A DNA stretch of 64,000 bases. Source: Pseudomonadota bacterium. GTDB lineage: Bacteria; Bdellovibrionota_B; Oligoflexia; Silvanigrellales; Silvanigrellaceae. Of this stretch, positions 51,599 through 61,706 are shown in pieces. Numbering within the stretch: position 1 is the first letter of the stretch; each line of letters begins with the position of its first letter. The stretch lies in assembly GCA_039799905.1 (NCBI GenBank), contig JBDLRP010000001.1, positions 32,001-96,000 on the forward strand, in the 5' to 3' direction. The position numbers and the translations under genes were made by a program. Under the pieces are notes generated by a model. That model had not been told where the DNA came from. It ran no database searches and saw nothing but the letters and a program-made list of their open reading frames with translations.

Positions 51599-52283
51599 AC
51601 CGTCGATCGGCGAGACTCTCAAATTCAATCTCGAAAGTGAAGGCTTCAGTGTCGACTGGAAGCTCGACGGCCTGACTGCATTCGACACACTGTGCAAGGA
51701 CGCGAACCAATTTGATGCCGTAATTCTTGATTTGATGCTCCCGCACCTGAACGGATTTGAAATTCTTGCGCGCATCAGGCCGCTGGCCGAGCGCCTTCCC
51801 ATTCTCGTGCTGAGCGCCCGAAGCCTTGACTCCGACAAAGTCAAAGCATTGGAGCTTGGCGCAGATGATTACGTCACAAAGCCCTTCTCTCTGCAGGAGC
51901 TCATGCTGCGGGCACATGGACTCGTCAAACGCGGGCAATGGGCACGGCATACTGAGCGCAGCGTCTCGTTGGTCTTTCAACTCGGACAGGCAGAATTTTC
52001 GCCGATCACGCACACAGTGCGGACAGCCGCGGGTGAAACAATCAAAATTACACCCACAGAAATGCTTCTGGCGCAGACCTTTTTCAAGAATCCCGATCGT
52101 CTGTTGTCGCGCAACGAACTTTTGGAAAGCGTTTGGCAATATTCGAGCGGCACCGAAACACGCACAGTGGATGTCTTTGTTGCTAAGATTCGACGATACA
52201 CCGACACAGGTGGGCCGACTTCAGTGATCGAAACAGCCCGCGGGCTTGGTTACATTTACAAGGCATCCGACGCAGGCAAATGA
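51558..52283 (+). CDS. OmpR/PhoB family response regulator
   Basis: LLVEDE, ILDLMLP, LSAR, GADDYVTKPF, TRTVDVFVAKIR, TARGLGY. Confidence 0.95.
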   Translation: MSVSKGKLLLVEDEPSIGETLKFNLESEGFSVDWKLDGLTAFDTLCKDANQFDAVILDLMLPHLNGFEILARIRPLAERLPILVLSARSLDSDKVKALELGADDYVTKPFSLQELMLRAHGLVKRGQWARHTERSVSLVFQLGQAEFSPITHTVRTAAGETIKITPTEMLLAQTFFKNPDRLLSRNELLESVWQYSSGTETRTVDVFVAKIRRYTDTGGPTSVIETARGLGYIYKASDAGK

Positions 52284-52388
52284 TTGAAAAAACACAATCA
52301 CTGTCTGAAGTTTAGACAATCGACATTCTTCTTTTCAAGTTTCTAATAACAAAAACGAAACAAATCTGCCCATTTAGATAATTCCACT

Positions 52389-52405
52389 TTGGCATGACTC
52401 CTGCT
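52389..52405 (+). promoter_or_regulatory. sigma54 -24/-12 promoter
   Basis: TTGGCATG-ACTC-CTGCT about 35 nt upstream of a lipoprotein start, preceded by AT-rich DNA. Confidence 0.55.
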
Positions 52406-52438
52406 GCGCCTTTATCGAAGATATCAGGAGGATTTGTC

Positions 52439-53200
52439 ATGAAGAATTGCATTTTGTTTTTGAGTCTCTTGGCGCTCGCGTCTGCGTGTCATAAAAATTT
52501 AAAACAACTCGAATCCGACTCCTCGAGTCGAAATGATGGAGCAGCTCTTCCGATCAAAGGCTCTTTTGTTGCGAAAGATATTTACACATCGGCTCTCTAT
52601 CGTCCTCTCATCCCCAAGGCTGTGCATCTTTCCGGCGATAAAATCGACAAAGACACCACAGGACTGATAGTTGATTTGAGTGAGTCCGGAGAAGGCTCTC
52701 TTACCGGCCACTCGCGCTGCAAGGAACTTGGACTCATGACACTCAACATTGGGAGTCAATTTGTCTCTGAATTAATTTTAGAGACAGAGGGTTTTAAAGC
52801 TGGAGTCAGTCCATTTGCCAAAGCATCAGACGTCTCGAGGTGTGGTGGTGACTACGGAGCCGCGCTTGCAGAATCGGTTCGTAAAGTCTATCCGGCCAAA
52901 AATGTCAGGGGAGAAGCACTCAGAAAATTGCCACTCGACATGCCTATTCCAGCCTACAGTGGTGTTATTCCTGGAATGCCAAGTACTGTGAACGGCGAAT
53001 GCAGCAAACTCTTCAATGGCAAAATGCTCAGAGTTTCGGTTGCGAACGACAACAACACTCAGCCACACGAGTTACACCTTGAACCGCTAGCCTGCCTTGG
53101 CTTCAAAGATCGAGATATGAAAAAACTCAGGATGATTCTCGTTCACCAAACCTCCGGTGTAACGATGATCGATTATGAAATGAAAGATGAGGCTAAGTGA
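52439..53200 (+). CDS. Hypothetical lipoprotein (paralogue of 59876..60541)
   Basis: AGGAGG RBS, lipobox ASAC, Cys motifs shared with the gene at 59876. Confidence 0.75.
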   Translation: MKNCILFLSLLALASACHKNLKQLESDSSSRNDGAALPIKGSFVAKDIYTSALYRPLIPKAVHLSGDKIDKDTTGLIVDLSESGEGSLTGHSRCKELGLMTLNIGSQFVSELILETEGFKAGVSPFAKASDVSRCGGDYGAALAESVRKVYPAKNVRGEALRKLPLDMPIPAYSGVIPGMPSTVNGECSKLFNGKMLRVSVANDNNTQPHELHLEPLACLGFKDRDMKKLRMILVHQTSGVTMIDYEMKDEAK

Positions 53201-53279
53201 TTGAGGCACGACAGAGCGGTCGGAGCGGAGCCGCGACCGTGCGCTGGTCGCATTTGGTCGCAATACGAGGAGCCCTCAA

Positions 53280-54197
53280 TCAGCTCTTAGCGGTCGCCCC
53301 ACCCATCGATTCACTCTCTTCGCGAACAGCTGCGATGTTCGGACGAACGACGTCTTTGATCAAGCCAAACATCTCGAGGGTGCGGATCAAGAGCCAAGTC
53401 TGGTCAAACTGCCACCAGTGCCAACCGTGACGTGCATACCGGGCATGCGCATGATGGTTGTTGTGCCAGCCTTCACCAAATGCCAGCAGCGCCACCCACC
53501 AATTGTTTCTGGAATGGTCTCCGCTTTTGTTGGGTGTGCCTCCCCACGTGTGTGAAGCCGAGTTCACAAACCACGTCACATGATACACCGCCACCAACCG
53601 AAGAAAGATGCCGTATACGATCATGCTGGTTGCCATAAAGAAATCGAACGGAAGTGCGGAATCACCAAAAACTGTTCCGCCGAGAATGAACAAGCTGACT
53701 CCAAGCACGACCTGCACAAAGATCATGTTGTTTTCCAGGAAAATCAGAAACGGGCGCTTGATGAGGTCAGGTGCGTAGTTCTTGTATTCTTCGAAGTTCG
53801 CAAGGTCGCAGCGAAGGTTCACCAGCCATCCTGCGTGCGAATACCAGAAACCGCGGTTGATATCGTGCGGGTCACGAGGTGTGTCGGAATAGGCATGGTG
53901 GATGCGGTGGGTGGCAACCCAATTGATGGGCCCGCCCTGACAAGCCAAAGTGCCACACAGAGCTGTGAAGTTCTCAACCCATCGAGGCACCGTGTAACCG
54001 TGGTGGGTCAACAGGCGGTGAAAACAAAAGGTGATGCCGAGCATCCCTGTCACATAGTAAAACACGACAAATGCAACTAACCCTTGCCACGAGAAGAACG
54101 GCACTGCGCCGGCAATGGCGAGCAAATGGACAGCACCAATCCACAGCACATTACGCCATGAGAACTCGTTCTGCTGCCATGATGGTCGTAATTTCAT
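53280..54197 (-). CDS. Delta-9 type fatty acid (acyl-CoA/acyl-lipid) desaturase
   Basis: Three His boxes HRLLTH, HRIHH, HNNHH; GFWYSH.GW, TWFVNS..H, GEGW. Confidence 0.95.
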   Translation of the reverse strand: MKLRPSWQQNEFSWRNVLWIGAVHLLAIAGAVPFFSWQGLVAFVVFYYVTGMLGITFCFHRLLTHHGYTVPRWVENFTALCGTLACQGGPINWVATHRIHHAYSDTPRDPHDINRGFWYSHAGWLVNLRCDLANFEEYKNYAPDLIKRPFLIFLENNMIFVQVVLGVSLFILGGTVFGDSALPFDFFMATSMIVYGIFLRLVAVYHVTWFVNSASHTWGGTPNKSGDHSRNNWWVALLAFGEGWHNNHHAHARYARHGWHWWQFDQTWLLIRTLEMFGLIKDVVRPNIAAVREESESMGGATAKS

Positions 54198-54320
54198 AAA
54201 GACCTCAACAAAGAAAGGTAAAGAGCCCAACGCGACTCCGCATCGTTTCCTTTTATCCAAGATGTCGGCTGATTTGTCCGGATGGCTCTGTAAAAGAAAT
54301 GTAAAGAGCTAAAAAAAGGC

Positions 54321-54347
54321 AAAAAAAACTACCCCGAGCGGGGTAGT
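54321..54347 (-). terminator. Rho-independent terminator of the lipoprotein gene at 54376..55956
   Basis: ACTACCCC-N4-GGGGTAGT with a T run on the minus strand. Confidence 0.8.
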
Positions 54348-54375
54348 GCTTTCATTCAAGGCGCCGAAATAATTG

Positions 54376-55956
54376 TTACTTCAGCGGACGATCCTTCACA
54401 CCTTCGATCTTCGGCGGTTGAATGAATTTATCGGAGGTTGTCTCAATCAATTCAAAGCCCGCGGCACCCAAATTTGCCGAGCCGTCAATAACATACTGGC
54501 CGGCATCGTTCTGAATGAAGCACTGCCGACTGACCAAGGGGCCCGTCTGGTCTCTTGTGAAAGAGTCGCCGTTGGCGCCACTGATGGCAACTGCTTTCCA
54601 GTAACCGGAACCATCGGAACGCTTGAAGTCGTAACCCGCAACACCCGCGGCGACAGGCGTGCTGCACGCGTCTCCTGTGCCATTGAAGGTGCACGTTTCA
54701 CCATGAAAGAATGGATGATAAAAGCCGGTCGGCTTCAAAGCCAAATTGGTATCGGACGGACTGCGCAACGATTTGCGGATGCTCACATTACGGACAGCAC
54801 CGCTGATCGAGCAACCCTTAAGTTTACCGGACGCATCCTTGTCGACTTTGAAAACGAACCCACGTGCTGCTTCACCGTCGCTGCCGCCAGGGTTCTTCCA
54901 GTACACGAGATTTCCAGTGTTGTCTGATTGATTCATATCGAATTCAACCAACGAAATCGCATTTACAATGCTGTTGTCGGCATTTGTGGCGAGGCCCTGC
55001 AGATTGACGCGGCCGGTGCTGTCAAAAGGTTCCGTAACAGCCGCGCTGAAGCGCGCGCGCCGCACCGATGCGCGGATCTTCTGCGCATCGCCGTCTTTGG
55101 CACGCGCATACTCAATACTCAATACGCCCGTCTTGTTGTCATCACGAGCATCACCTGAACGCTTGACGGTGATGATTCCATTATATGTGTTGTTATCACT
55201 CGAGGACGCCGGACTGTGAAGGATAGTGAGTTCTTCATTCACACCACCCGAGCGTGTCGACTTGATTTCTGTTTGATACACAGGCCGACCTTCGACGTCA
55301 GCCAGACGGCGCAATTTGACAGAGGAAAACTCAGGAGCATCAGGCTTGTCGGTGGGCCTCTTTTCGTTCATCAACGAGGTCATGTCGAGTTCCTGATTGG
55401 CACTTTCAGGAAGGGCTTTACCGTTCTTCTTGGCGAGGCAGGCCATTGCCTGCGCCCGATCCAGCATGCCGTCGATCTGCAGTTCAATCTCTTGCATCTC
55501 GCTGCGCGCAAACGAGACCATGCACACTTCTTGGGAACCTGTCTTGCGACTCAGTCCATCCGTAGTGCCAAATGGGTTGGTATCATTGCCGCGGTAGCCA
55601 TAAATCATTTCTTGGTCGAACTCATAGCAACGCTCCTGAGGACCACCCTGCTTGCCCAAGCGTGCCTTCAGATTTTCGAAGCAGTCTTCTGTGTTGCCCT
55701 CGAGGATCTTTTTCTGATCTTCGCGTTTCTGCTCAAGCGTTTGCCCCTTGGAATCATTAGGGTCGAGATTCAGGGCGGTGGCACCTGCGGTTGTCTGCGG
55801 AAAGGAGGGAATGCTCAAACCATCCGGATAACCAATGGCGAGCGTGTTGCTGATTCCATTGTTTACCTGATCTTCAATTTTGCTCTTTTTCTTCCCACAC
55901 GACGAAATCGCCACCGCCGAGACCAACCCCAGCACAAAAACAAAACCGTTTCTCAT
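54376..55956 (-). CDS. Large hypothetical lipoprotein
   Basis: Lipobox ISSC-GKKK; 526 aa; several Cys; GAGGAGG RBS. Confidence 0.8.
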   Translation of the reverse strand: MRNGFVFVLGLVSAVAISSCGKKKSKIEDQVNNGISNTLAIGYPDGLSIPSFPQTTAGATALNLDPNDSKGQTLEQKREDQKKILEGNTEDCFENLKARLGKQGGPQERCYEFDQEMIYGYRGNDTNPFGTTDGLSRKTGSQEVCMVSFARSEMQEIELQIDGMLDRAQAMACLAKKNGKALPESANQELDMTSLMNEKRPTDKPDAPEFSSVKLRRLADVEGRPVYQTEIKSTRSGGVNEELTILHSPASSSDNNTYNGIITVKRSGDARDDNKTGVLSIEYARAKDGDAQKIRASVRRARFSAAVTEPFDSTGRVNLQGLATNADNSIVNAISLVEFDMNQSDNTGNLVYWKNPGGSDGEAARGFVFKVDKDASGKLKGCSISGAVRNVSIRKSLRSPSDTNLALKPTGFYHPFFHGETCTFNGTGDACSTPVAAGVAGYDFKRSDGSGYWKAVAISGANGDSFTRDQTGPLVSRQCFIQNDAGQYVIDGSANLGAAGFELIETTSDKFIQPPKIEGVKDRPLK

Positions 55957-56192
55957 ATTTACCCCTCCTCACCGCAACCAAAAACAAAGAAATAAGCCAT
56001 TACTGCAAGGCTAAATCCTATCATACAAAGAAGATTTTACATCTTGGCTCGTCAGAACGTTGCCATTTCGATTTTTACCAAGTCACCTATCCACTCTGGT
56101 CAAGTTCTGACAAAAATGATGCGGATGCCGAGATGTAGCTGCAGCCCGGATTGAATTAAGATTCGTGAACTCATTCAAGTGGGACCATCGTA

Positions 56193-58082
56193 ATGAAGAA
56201 GCTGCTGTATGCAATTTGCAAAGTCTTGAAAATTTCGTTTGCAGTTTTCCCGCTCGTCGCCCATGCACGGTGGCGCACTCCCGATGAAGCAGATGCAATC
56301 AAGCTGAAGTTCGAAACGAAGGTAACAATTAAAAAAGACGGTTCTTCTGTGACACGCGAAAAGACCGCTTATAAAATTCTTACACGAAACGGCTTAAAGG
56401 ATTTTGCATCCCTCTCGCTCCCCTATAATGCGGCAAATACAAAACTTCGTGTCATCGCCGCATCGGTTGTCACGAAAGGCAAAAAAGCGAACGTCAACAG
56501 AAAAAACATCGAAGACAAGCCAAGTGCATCAGGAACTCAGGGTTTTGATTCGAGACACAGAATTTTGATAGCCTACCCGAACGTCGAGATTGGAAGCATC
56601 GTCGAATACGAAACCGAGGAAGTCGTCTTCAAACCCACGGTTAATGAACACTATTACGATAATTATTCTTTCGGTTGGTATCCATCGGATGCGGGGCAAA
56701 AAATCACAATCGAAAGCGAAACGCCGCTGCGGTATCGTCTCGGCGGACCATCCGGCTACGTGACCGTGAGCGAAAAGAAAACTAATAAATACAAACTCGA
56801 AGCAGTTCTCAATCGGCAAGCCTATTTTGACAGCACAGGCGACCCTGCCCCGTTCGGACTCCACACCGCCGATTTTCCTGTCCCGACATTGCAGGTCACA
56901 ACCGAAGAAAGTTGGGCTTCACTGTCTGCAAAAATGCAACCTGAATATGATGAGGCTCTTGCACAACTTTTGCCTGCCGATTTCAAACCTATTTTGGATT
57001 CAGCCCGCAAAGAGAGAGGATTCGTTGCACAGGCAAACGCATTGCACGCCGGAATCAGCAAGACCGTGCGATACATGGGCGACTGGCGAACCACGGACAA
57101 ATGGCTCTTTCCGCGATCACTGAAAGAACTCGCTGAAACAAAATACGGCGACTGCAAGGATCTCTCTCTGCTGTTTGCCGTCATGCTCAAATCACTCGGC
57201 TACAAGGCGGAGCTTGCTGCCATTGAACGCGATGGTGACAAATATCTTCCGATGGAAATTCCAACCCATAAATATTTTGATCACATGATAGTTCGTGCAG
57301 AGGACCTAAACGGAAAAGTATATTGGTTGGACGCCACAAGGCAGCTCGCGTTTTCTGATGGAGTGTGGAGCGATCTAGCCGGAAGGCAGGTGCTCATTTT
57401 TAGAAAAGGAGTTGGCGCACTCGAACGAATTCCAGAAATCACTGCTGAAGAAAACTCTGTCGAAATGAAAATCGACCATTTCCCCTCGGCGGGCAAAGAA
57501 CAGACGACACACTCTACTGCAAAATTGTCGCCTCTGGCAGCTGCAGGGCTTCTTCGTTTGGCGCGCAACAGCTCGCCATCAGAATTGCGGGAACAAATTG
57601 AAAAAACATTCTCGGGTGGAAAAAAAATAATCCAAAGTAAGGTGAGCACGTTTGATGCAAGCAAAGATTACGTTCATGGACTCACTTTGACCGCCACCCT
57701 GACAGTCGAAGACACGCCCCTTCAGACCTCGGCCGGACTCGCCTTTCCCGTTCCGTCGGAACTCAGCCGAATCTCGGACATCAGACCTGAGCAACTCGAT
57801 CTTGGCATCGAGCTCGGCACACCGGAATTCTTCAGCCTCACTTACAGCACACCTGCCGAAAATCTTGTCGGAAAACTGCCCGAAAGCTGCTCTGCCACAT
57901 CAAGGTGGGTCACACTAGAGAGAAATTACTCCATCGAGAATGGGAGAATCTTAATCCGCTCGCTCACAAAGCGGAATGCAACCTTCATCACACTCAACGA
58001 ACTCCGTTCCGCGGAGTTTGCAAATCTGCAGAGGGACATCAACAATTGCTTCGACAAAAGATTGCTCATTTTCAAGAAATAG
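56193..58082 (+). CDS. DUF3857 + transglutaminase-like domain protein
   Basis: Signal peptide; PNVEIGSIVEY; catalytic-type GDCKD, FDHMIV, YWLDAT. Confidence 0.88.
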   Translation: MKKLLYAICKVLKISFAVFPLVAHARWRTPDEADAIKLKFETKVTIKKDGSSVTREKTAYKILTRNGLKDFASLSLPYNAANTKLRVIAASVVTKGKKANVNRKNIEDKPSASGTQGFDSRHRILIAYPNVEIGSIVEYETEEVVFKPTVNEHYYDNYSFGWYPSDAGQKITIESETPLRYRLGGPSGYVTVSEKKTNKYKLEAVLNRQAYFDSTGDPAPFGLHTADFPVPTLQVTTEESWASLSAKMQPEYDEALAQLLPADFKPILDSARKERGFVAQANALHAGISKTVRYMGDWRTTDKWLFPRSLKELAETKYGDCKDLSLLFAVMLKSLGYKAELAAIERDGDKYLPMEIPTHKYFDHMIVRAEDLNGKVYWLDATRQLAFSDGVWSDLAGRQVLIFRKGVGALERIPEITAEENSVEMKIDHFPSAGKEQTTHSTAKLSPLAAAGLLRLARNSSPSELREQIEKTFSGGKKIIQSKVSTFDASKDYVHGLTLTATLTVEDTPLQTSAGLAFPVPSELSRISDIRPEQLDLGIELGTPEFFSLTYSTPAENLVGKLPESCSATSRWVTLERNYSIENGRILIRSLTKRNATFITLNELRSAEFANLQRDINNCFDKRLLIFKK

Positions 58083-58181
58083 ATAACGATTCCAGATTAT
58101 TATTTTATATGCGGAAAAAAAATCGATTTTTTGCATTTTATTACACATCATAATGTAATCATTGTATAATATAATAAGATC

Positions 58182-58208
58182 TAATGTGCATAAGAATCTC
58201 TCCGATAT
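58182..58208 (+). promoter_or_regulatory. sigma28-like promoter
   Basis: TAAT-N15-TCCGATAT in an AT-rich intergenic region upstream of the CDS at 58274. Confidence 0.42.
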
Positions 58209-58273
58209 GTAGGTTAAGAGAAACAGAACGGTTCTGATTCTCTGTTGTGTCAAGCCCGCAAGGAGATTTATTC

Positions 58274-58729
58274 ATGCACGCTCTTCAGATTTCTTTGTTT
58301 GCATCTGCTATTGCACTCGTGACTGCATGCGGTTCTGCTAGCGAAAACCTAAATGCAAACACGGAAACTCAACCAGCTGTTTCAGCTGCCGAGAGTGAGG
58401 ATGACTTCAGCCTCTCGAAGAGAGTGGAAAACGATGGATGCGTGATCGGTGTCGTCGGACCGACGGTATTTTCAAAGGCCGCGCCCCAGGCTTTGGTTGT
58501 TAAATACTCTTTCAACTACCTGAGCAGCGGAGATCGCATTGCACTCAGAAACCCGAGCCTACCGAACTTCCTTTCGGGAGTTCTGCCTTCCAAGTCGGGA
58601 ACCATTTCCATCGACATCACACAGCTGGCCGCAGGCGAATATAAGCTTGTCGGGCTGACGAACACACACGTCACCGACAGAGCAAAGGATTGTGGTCTGG
58701 CAAAAACGATCATCATCAGAAACAAATAA
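58274..58729 (+). CDS. Hypothetical lipoprotein (beta-rich, possibly Ig-like)
   Basis: AGGAG RBS, lipobox VTAC, GTISIDITQLAAGEYKL. Confidence 0.72.
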   Translation: MHALQISLFASAIALVTACGSASENLNANTETQPAVSAAESEDDFSLSKRVENDGCVIGVVGPTVFSKAAPQALVVKYSFNYLSSGDRIALRNPSLPNFLSGVLPSKSGTISIDITQLAAGEYKLVGLTNTHVTDRAKDCGLAKTIIIRNK

Positions 58730-58740
58730 GCCAGTCGCCA

Positions 58741-58767
58741 AAGGCGCGGACAGGAAGTCTGCGCTTT
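58741..58767. terminator. Hairpin between convergent genes
   Basis: AAGGCGCGGAC-AGGAA-GTCTGCGCTTT (11-bp stem with G-U pairs). Confidence 0.55.
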
Positions 58768-58777
58768 AAGCTTATGT

Positions 58778-59845
58778 TCAGCGCACCAAGCGCAACCGTG
58801 ATGACAGCATTTGAGTGATTTTTGGGTGTTGTTCGGAAACGATCAGGGTTTCGATCTCTTCCGCAGAGAAAGCCTCAACCGCCAAATCGATCAGTTGACC
58901 CAGATAATTTCTCTGCAGAAGAATATCTTCGCCAATACTGATGACAGCCACCAGTGCATTCTCACGGACATCGCGCGGCATAGAGGGACTCCCCAGCAGT
59001 TCAAGCAGTGAACTCTCGTAAGCACGATAGTCTGCAAAATGATGCGGGTATAGGTTTCGTGTAAACCAATCAACACGCCCCATATCTCCGCCGACGACAG
59101 CAGCAATGAGGATTTGCGAAATCCTGTCATGATTTTTGAATTTGCAAAGCCTGTCAAACACCTTCCGACAGGGCTGTTCACGCATCGGCAAACAATCCCC
59201 TTTGAGAAGTTCCAACATGTAGTCATTTGCTTCAGGATAAAAATCACGGAAGTAACTTAGGCCGCAGAAATCAATAAAGTCGCCGGCAATGTCTGATAGT
59301 TCAAATTTTCCCGTCGAAACGTGCGACTCTAGTTCGAGAAAAAGACAGAATCTCACGAGCTCGTTGTCATCATCCTGAATTTTCCATTTTCCAACAGCAC
59401 AAAGACATTCGAGTGTCGCCAGCGCGCGCGGATAAGAATTAACAAATCGATTGGAACGCCTGTCCAGTGACAATAGATTTTCGATCTTTAATCGCCACGC
59501 GACGAGCGCGTCTGGACGCTGCTGAGCGAGTGTCTCGGCGAACTGTATGATTGCCTGCTTTGCCAAAGAATGAACATTTCCATCACGGTGCTCCAAAAGG
59601 TCCGGAAGGCGGTTGCACACTGGAATCCACGAGCCGATGTATTCGGGCTCAATCGTAAGCACCGTCGTCAGTGCTCTGATCAGGGCTGCCGCAGGGGAGC
59701 TTCCATCGCAGGCAATTTTCTGAGCTTCTGCAGGTGAAAGTAGAGGACCATCCGCCTGCTCGGGGGGTGCCCAGCCGTCGATGTCATCCGTATGAGTATC
59801 AACTCTTTGCTCTCGGTGCCCAAAGAGTTTAATGATCTTTGCCAA
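58778..59845 (-). CDS. Hypothetical protein (alpha-helical)
   Basis: 355-aa ORF, TTG start, no recognised motif. Confidence 0.6.
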   Translation of the reverse strand: MAKIIKLFGHREQRVDTHTDDIDGWAPPEQADGPLLSPAEAQKIACDGSSPAAALIRALTTVLTIEPEYIGSWIPVCNRLPDLLEHRDGNVHSLAKQAIIQFAETLAQQRPDALVAWRLKIENLLSLDRRSNRFVNSYPRALATLECLCAVGKWKIQDDDNELVRFCLFLELESHVSTGKFELSDIAGDFIDFCGLSYFRDFYPEANDYMLELLKGDCLPMREQPCRKVFDRLCKFKNHDRISQILIAAVVGGDMGRVDWFTRNLYPHHFADYRAYESSLLELLGSPSMPRDVRENALVAVISIGEDILLQRNYLGQLIDLAVEAFSAEEIETLIVSEQHPKITQMLSSRLRLVR

Positions 59846-59875
59846 CTCTCAAACCCTCAAAGGTTCTGCCTGATC

Positions 59876-60541
59876 TCAGCGAATTCTTTTGAAATCAACT
59901 CGAATCGCATGAACCTCGGCGCGCGGCACAAGCAGTAAAGAAAGTTTGTTGGCTTCAGCGTCGGAAAACCCGATGCACCCAGACGCGCCGATACGGGGAT
60001 TAACTGCCATGGAATTTATGTACCTGTGACCTCGAAGTTTGGAACAATTTTTGACAAGCGAGTCAATTTTTCCGTCGAGACCAAGATTGCGCGGAAGGTT
60101 CGTTTCGCGAATTGAGTAAATATTGATCCTCTCATGAGTTTCGACCTGTTTGCCCAAGTCGCAATTACGCATGTCCAAGGCGCTCGGAAACAACAACACA
60201 CCACGTGGTGCAGGAATTACAGAGACAGCAGTTTCCGCCTTGGCGGGGCCTGATTTGCATTCAATCATCGTCTTCAAATAGCCCTGCCCCGAGGCGTCGA
60301 GATTCGACTCCATCTGCCACAGCTCAGGGCGCAGCTCTCTGCCCTCGAGACGGACAGTTTTCCGCTCGCTCGGAGCATCATAGAAGTAGCCTTGATACAG
60401 CTCTGCAACCCACGTTCCTACAATCGGAAGACCCGCGCGCAGCGACTCGGCCGAACTGTCACTCAACTGGGTACGCTTGGGTGCACAAGCCAGTACATTC
60501 AGGCCCAGCAGGACAGAACCACTCAAAAGAATTTGCCTCAT
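59876..60541 (-). CDS. Hypothetical lipoprotein (paralogue of 52439..53200)
   Basis: GGAGG RBS, lipobox VLAC, shared motifs. Confidence 0.75.
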   Translation of the reverse strand: MRQILLSGSVLLGLNVLACAPKRTQLSDSSAESLRAGLPIVGTWVAELYQGYFYDAPSERKTVRLEGRELRPELWQMESNLDASGQGYLKTMIECKSGPAKAETAVSVIPAPRGVLLFPSALDMRNCDLGKQVETHERINIYSIRETNLPRNLGLDGKIDSLVKNCSKLRGHRYINSMAVNPRIGASGCIGFSDAEANKLSLLLVPRAEVHAIRVDFKRIR

Positions 60542-60589
60542 CGTTCAAGCCTCCGGCATTTTTCAAAAAAAAATTTTACCGATTCAGCG

Positions 60590-61630
60590 TTATCTTCTGC
60601 ACAGTGAATAAAGTTCCGGTTCATTGACGACTCTCCCGTTGCCGGCAATCACGGCACACAGCGGATCCTCAACACAGCGCACCTGGATTCCGAGCCTGCG
60701 CGTCAGCGCCTCGGGCAGCCCTTTCAAAAGGGCTCCGCCGCCGGACAACCACACACCCGTCTCCGAAACATCGGTCACCAATTCAGGCTCCGACCTTTCA
60801 AGAACCTTAACAATCAGTCCTTCTACCTGATCGACATATTGACTGACCGCTGGATATAATTCGCACAACTGGACCTGCGTTTTGCGCGGCAGTTTCGTCT
60901 TCAAGCATTTTCCCGAAAGAACAATTTCGCCTGACATATCGGAGTGCCGCACAGAAGCATGACGCTCCTTGATCTCACGGGCGAGAACTTGTGAAATCCG
61001 AAACCGGTGTTCATTTTCAAGTTGAGTGACAATCGCGTTGTCGAGATCATTTCCACCACGACGAAAGGAACCACTTTCGACAACCATACCCGAACTGATG
61101 ACAATGGCCTCAGTGATTCCACTTCCCAGATCAACGAGCATTTGCCCCTTGGAGGCAAAGATCGGCAGACCAGAACCAAGTGCTGCAGCCAGAGGTTCAT
61201 CAATTAATGCGACGTTTAAAAATCCTAAACTGCGCGCTGCCTCGTAAAACGCGTTGCGTTCGTATTCGGTGACTTCGCGCGGAGCAGAAATCAAAATTCC
61301 CCGGTCAGAGCGACGGAACGGAACGAACCTCGACCAAGGAAGGAATTTCTCGGTGAGTGCTTGCAAGAGAGCCTTCGCAAGTTCCGTATTTCGGATAACT
61401 CCCGAGCAAAGTGGCGATTCAATGCATATTTGTGGTGCCGTTCGTCCAACCAACGGAGAAACGTCATTTCCTGCATCAAATATCTGAAAAGAGTTCGGTT
61501 TTTCTTTGTCGGTTCGCAGAGCGAGCAACGAGGCCTGATTGACTACCACACCCTCGTCTCTCAGAAAGACAAGTGTGTTTGACGTTCCAAAATCAACAGA
61601 CATGCAAAAATTTGCGCCCAATCCGAACAT
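60590..61630 (-). CDS. mreB: Divergent MreB/Mbl-family actin-like protein
   Basis: VDFGTSNTLV, PL..GVI, T.YER.A, LIDEPLAAALGSGLPI, LVDLGSGITE, GGNDLD.AI, LSGGGALLKGL, EDPLCAV. Confidence 0.88.
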   Translation of the reverse strand: MFGLGANFCMSVDFGTSNTLVFLRDEGVVVNQASLLALRTDKEKPNSFQIFDAGNDVSPLVGRTAPQICIESPLCSGVIRNTELAKALLQALTEKFLPWSRFVPFRRSDRGILISAPREVTEYERNAFYEAARSLGFLNVALIDEPLAAALGSGLPIFASKGQMLVDLGSGITEAIVISSGMVVESGSFRRGGNDLDNAIVTQLENEHRFRISQVLAREIKERHASVRHSDMSGEIVLSGKCLKTKLPRKTQVQLCELYPAVSQYVDQVEGLIVKVLERSEPELVTDVSETGVWLSGGGALLKGLPEALTRRLGIQVRCVEDPLCAVIAGNGRVVNEPELYSLCRR

Positions 61631-61706
61631 AACCCCCAGATACGCTTGAAGAAAACCAGATCCTAAAATCCAATAATCCATCACGGCACATGCGTTGTCA
61701 CAAGGG

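Noticed and set aside
53201..53280. Short repeats and hairpin (GCGACC/GGTCGC, TGGTCGCA twice) as a REP-like element
   Set aside because: Single occurrence in the window; more simply a terminator-like structure between convergent genes.
50615..54197. Two-component pair near a desaturase as a DesK/DesR analogue
   Set aside because: The pair is OmpR/HisKA type, not NarL type, and is separated from and convergent to the desaturase; proximity only.
58085..58200. Possible dif (XerCD) site in the AT-rich patch
   Set aside because: No TTATGTTAAA-like XerD arm at the 11-6-11 spacing on either strand.
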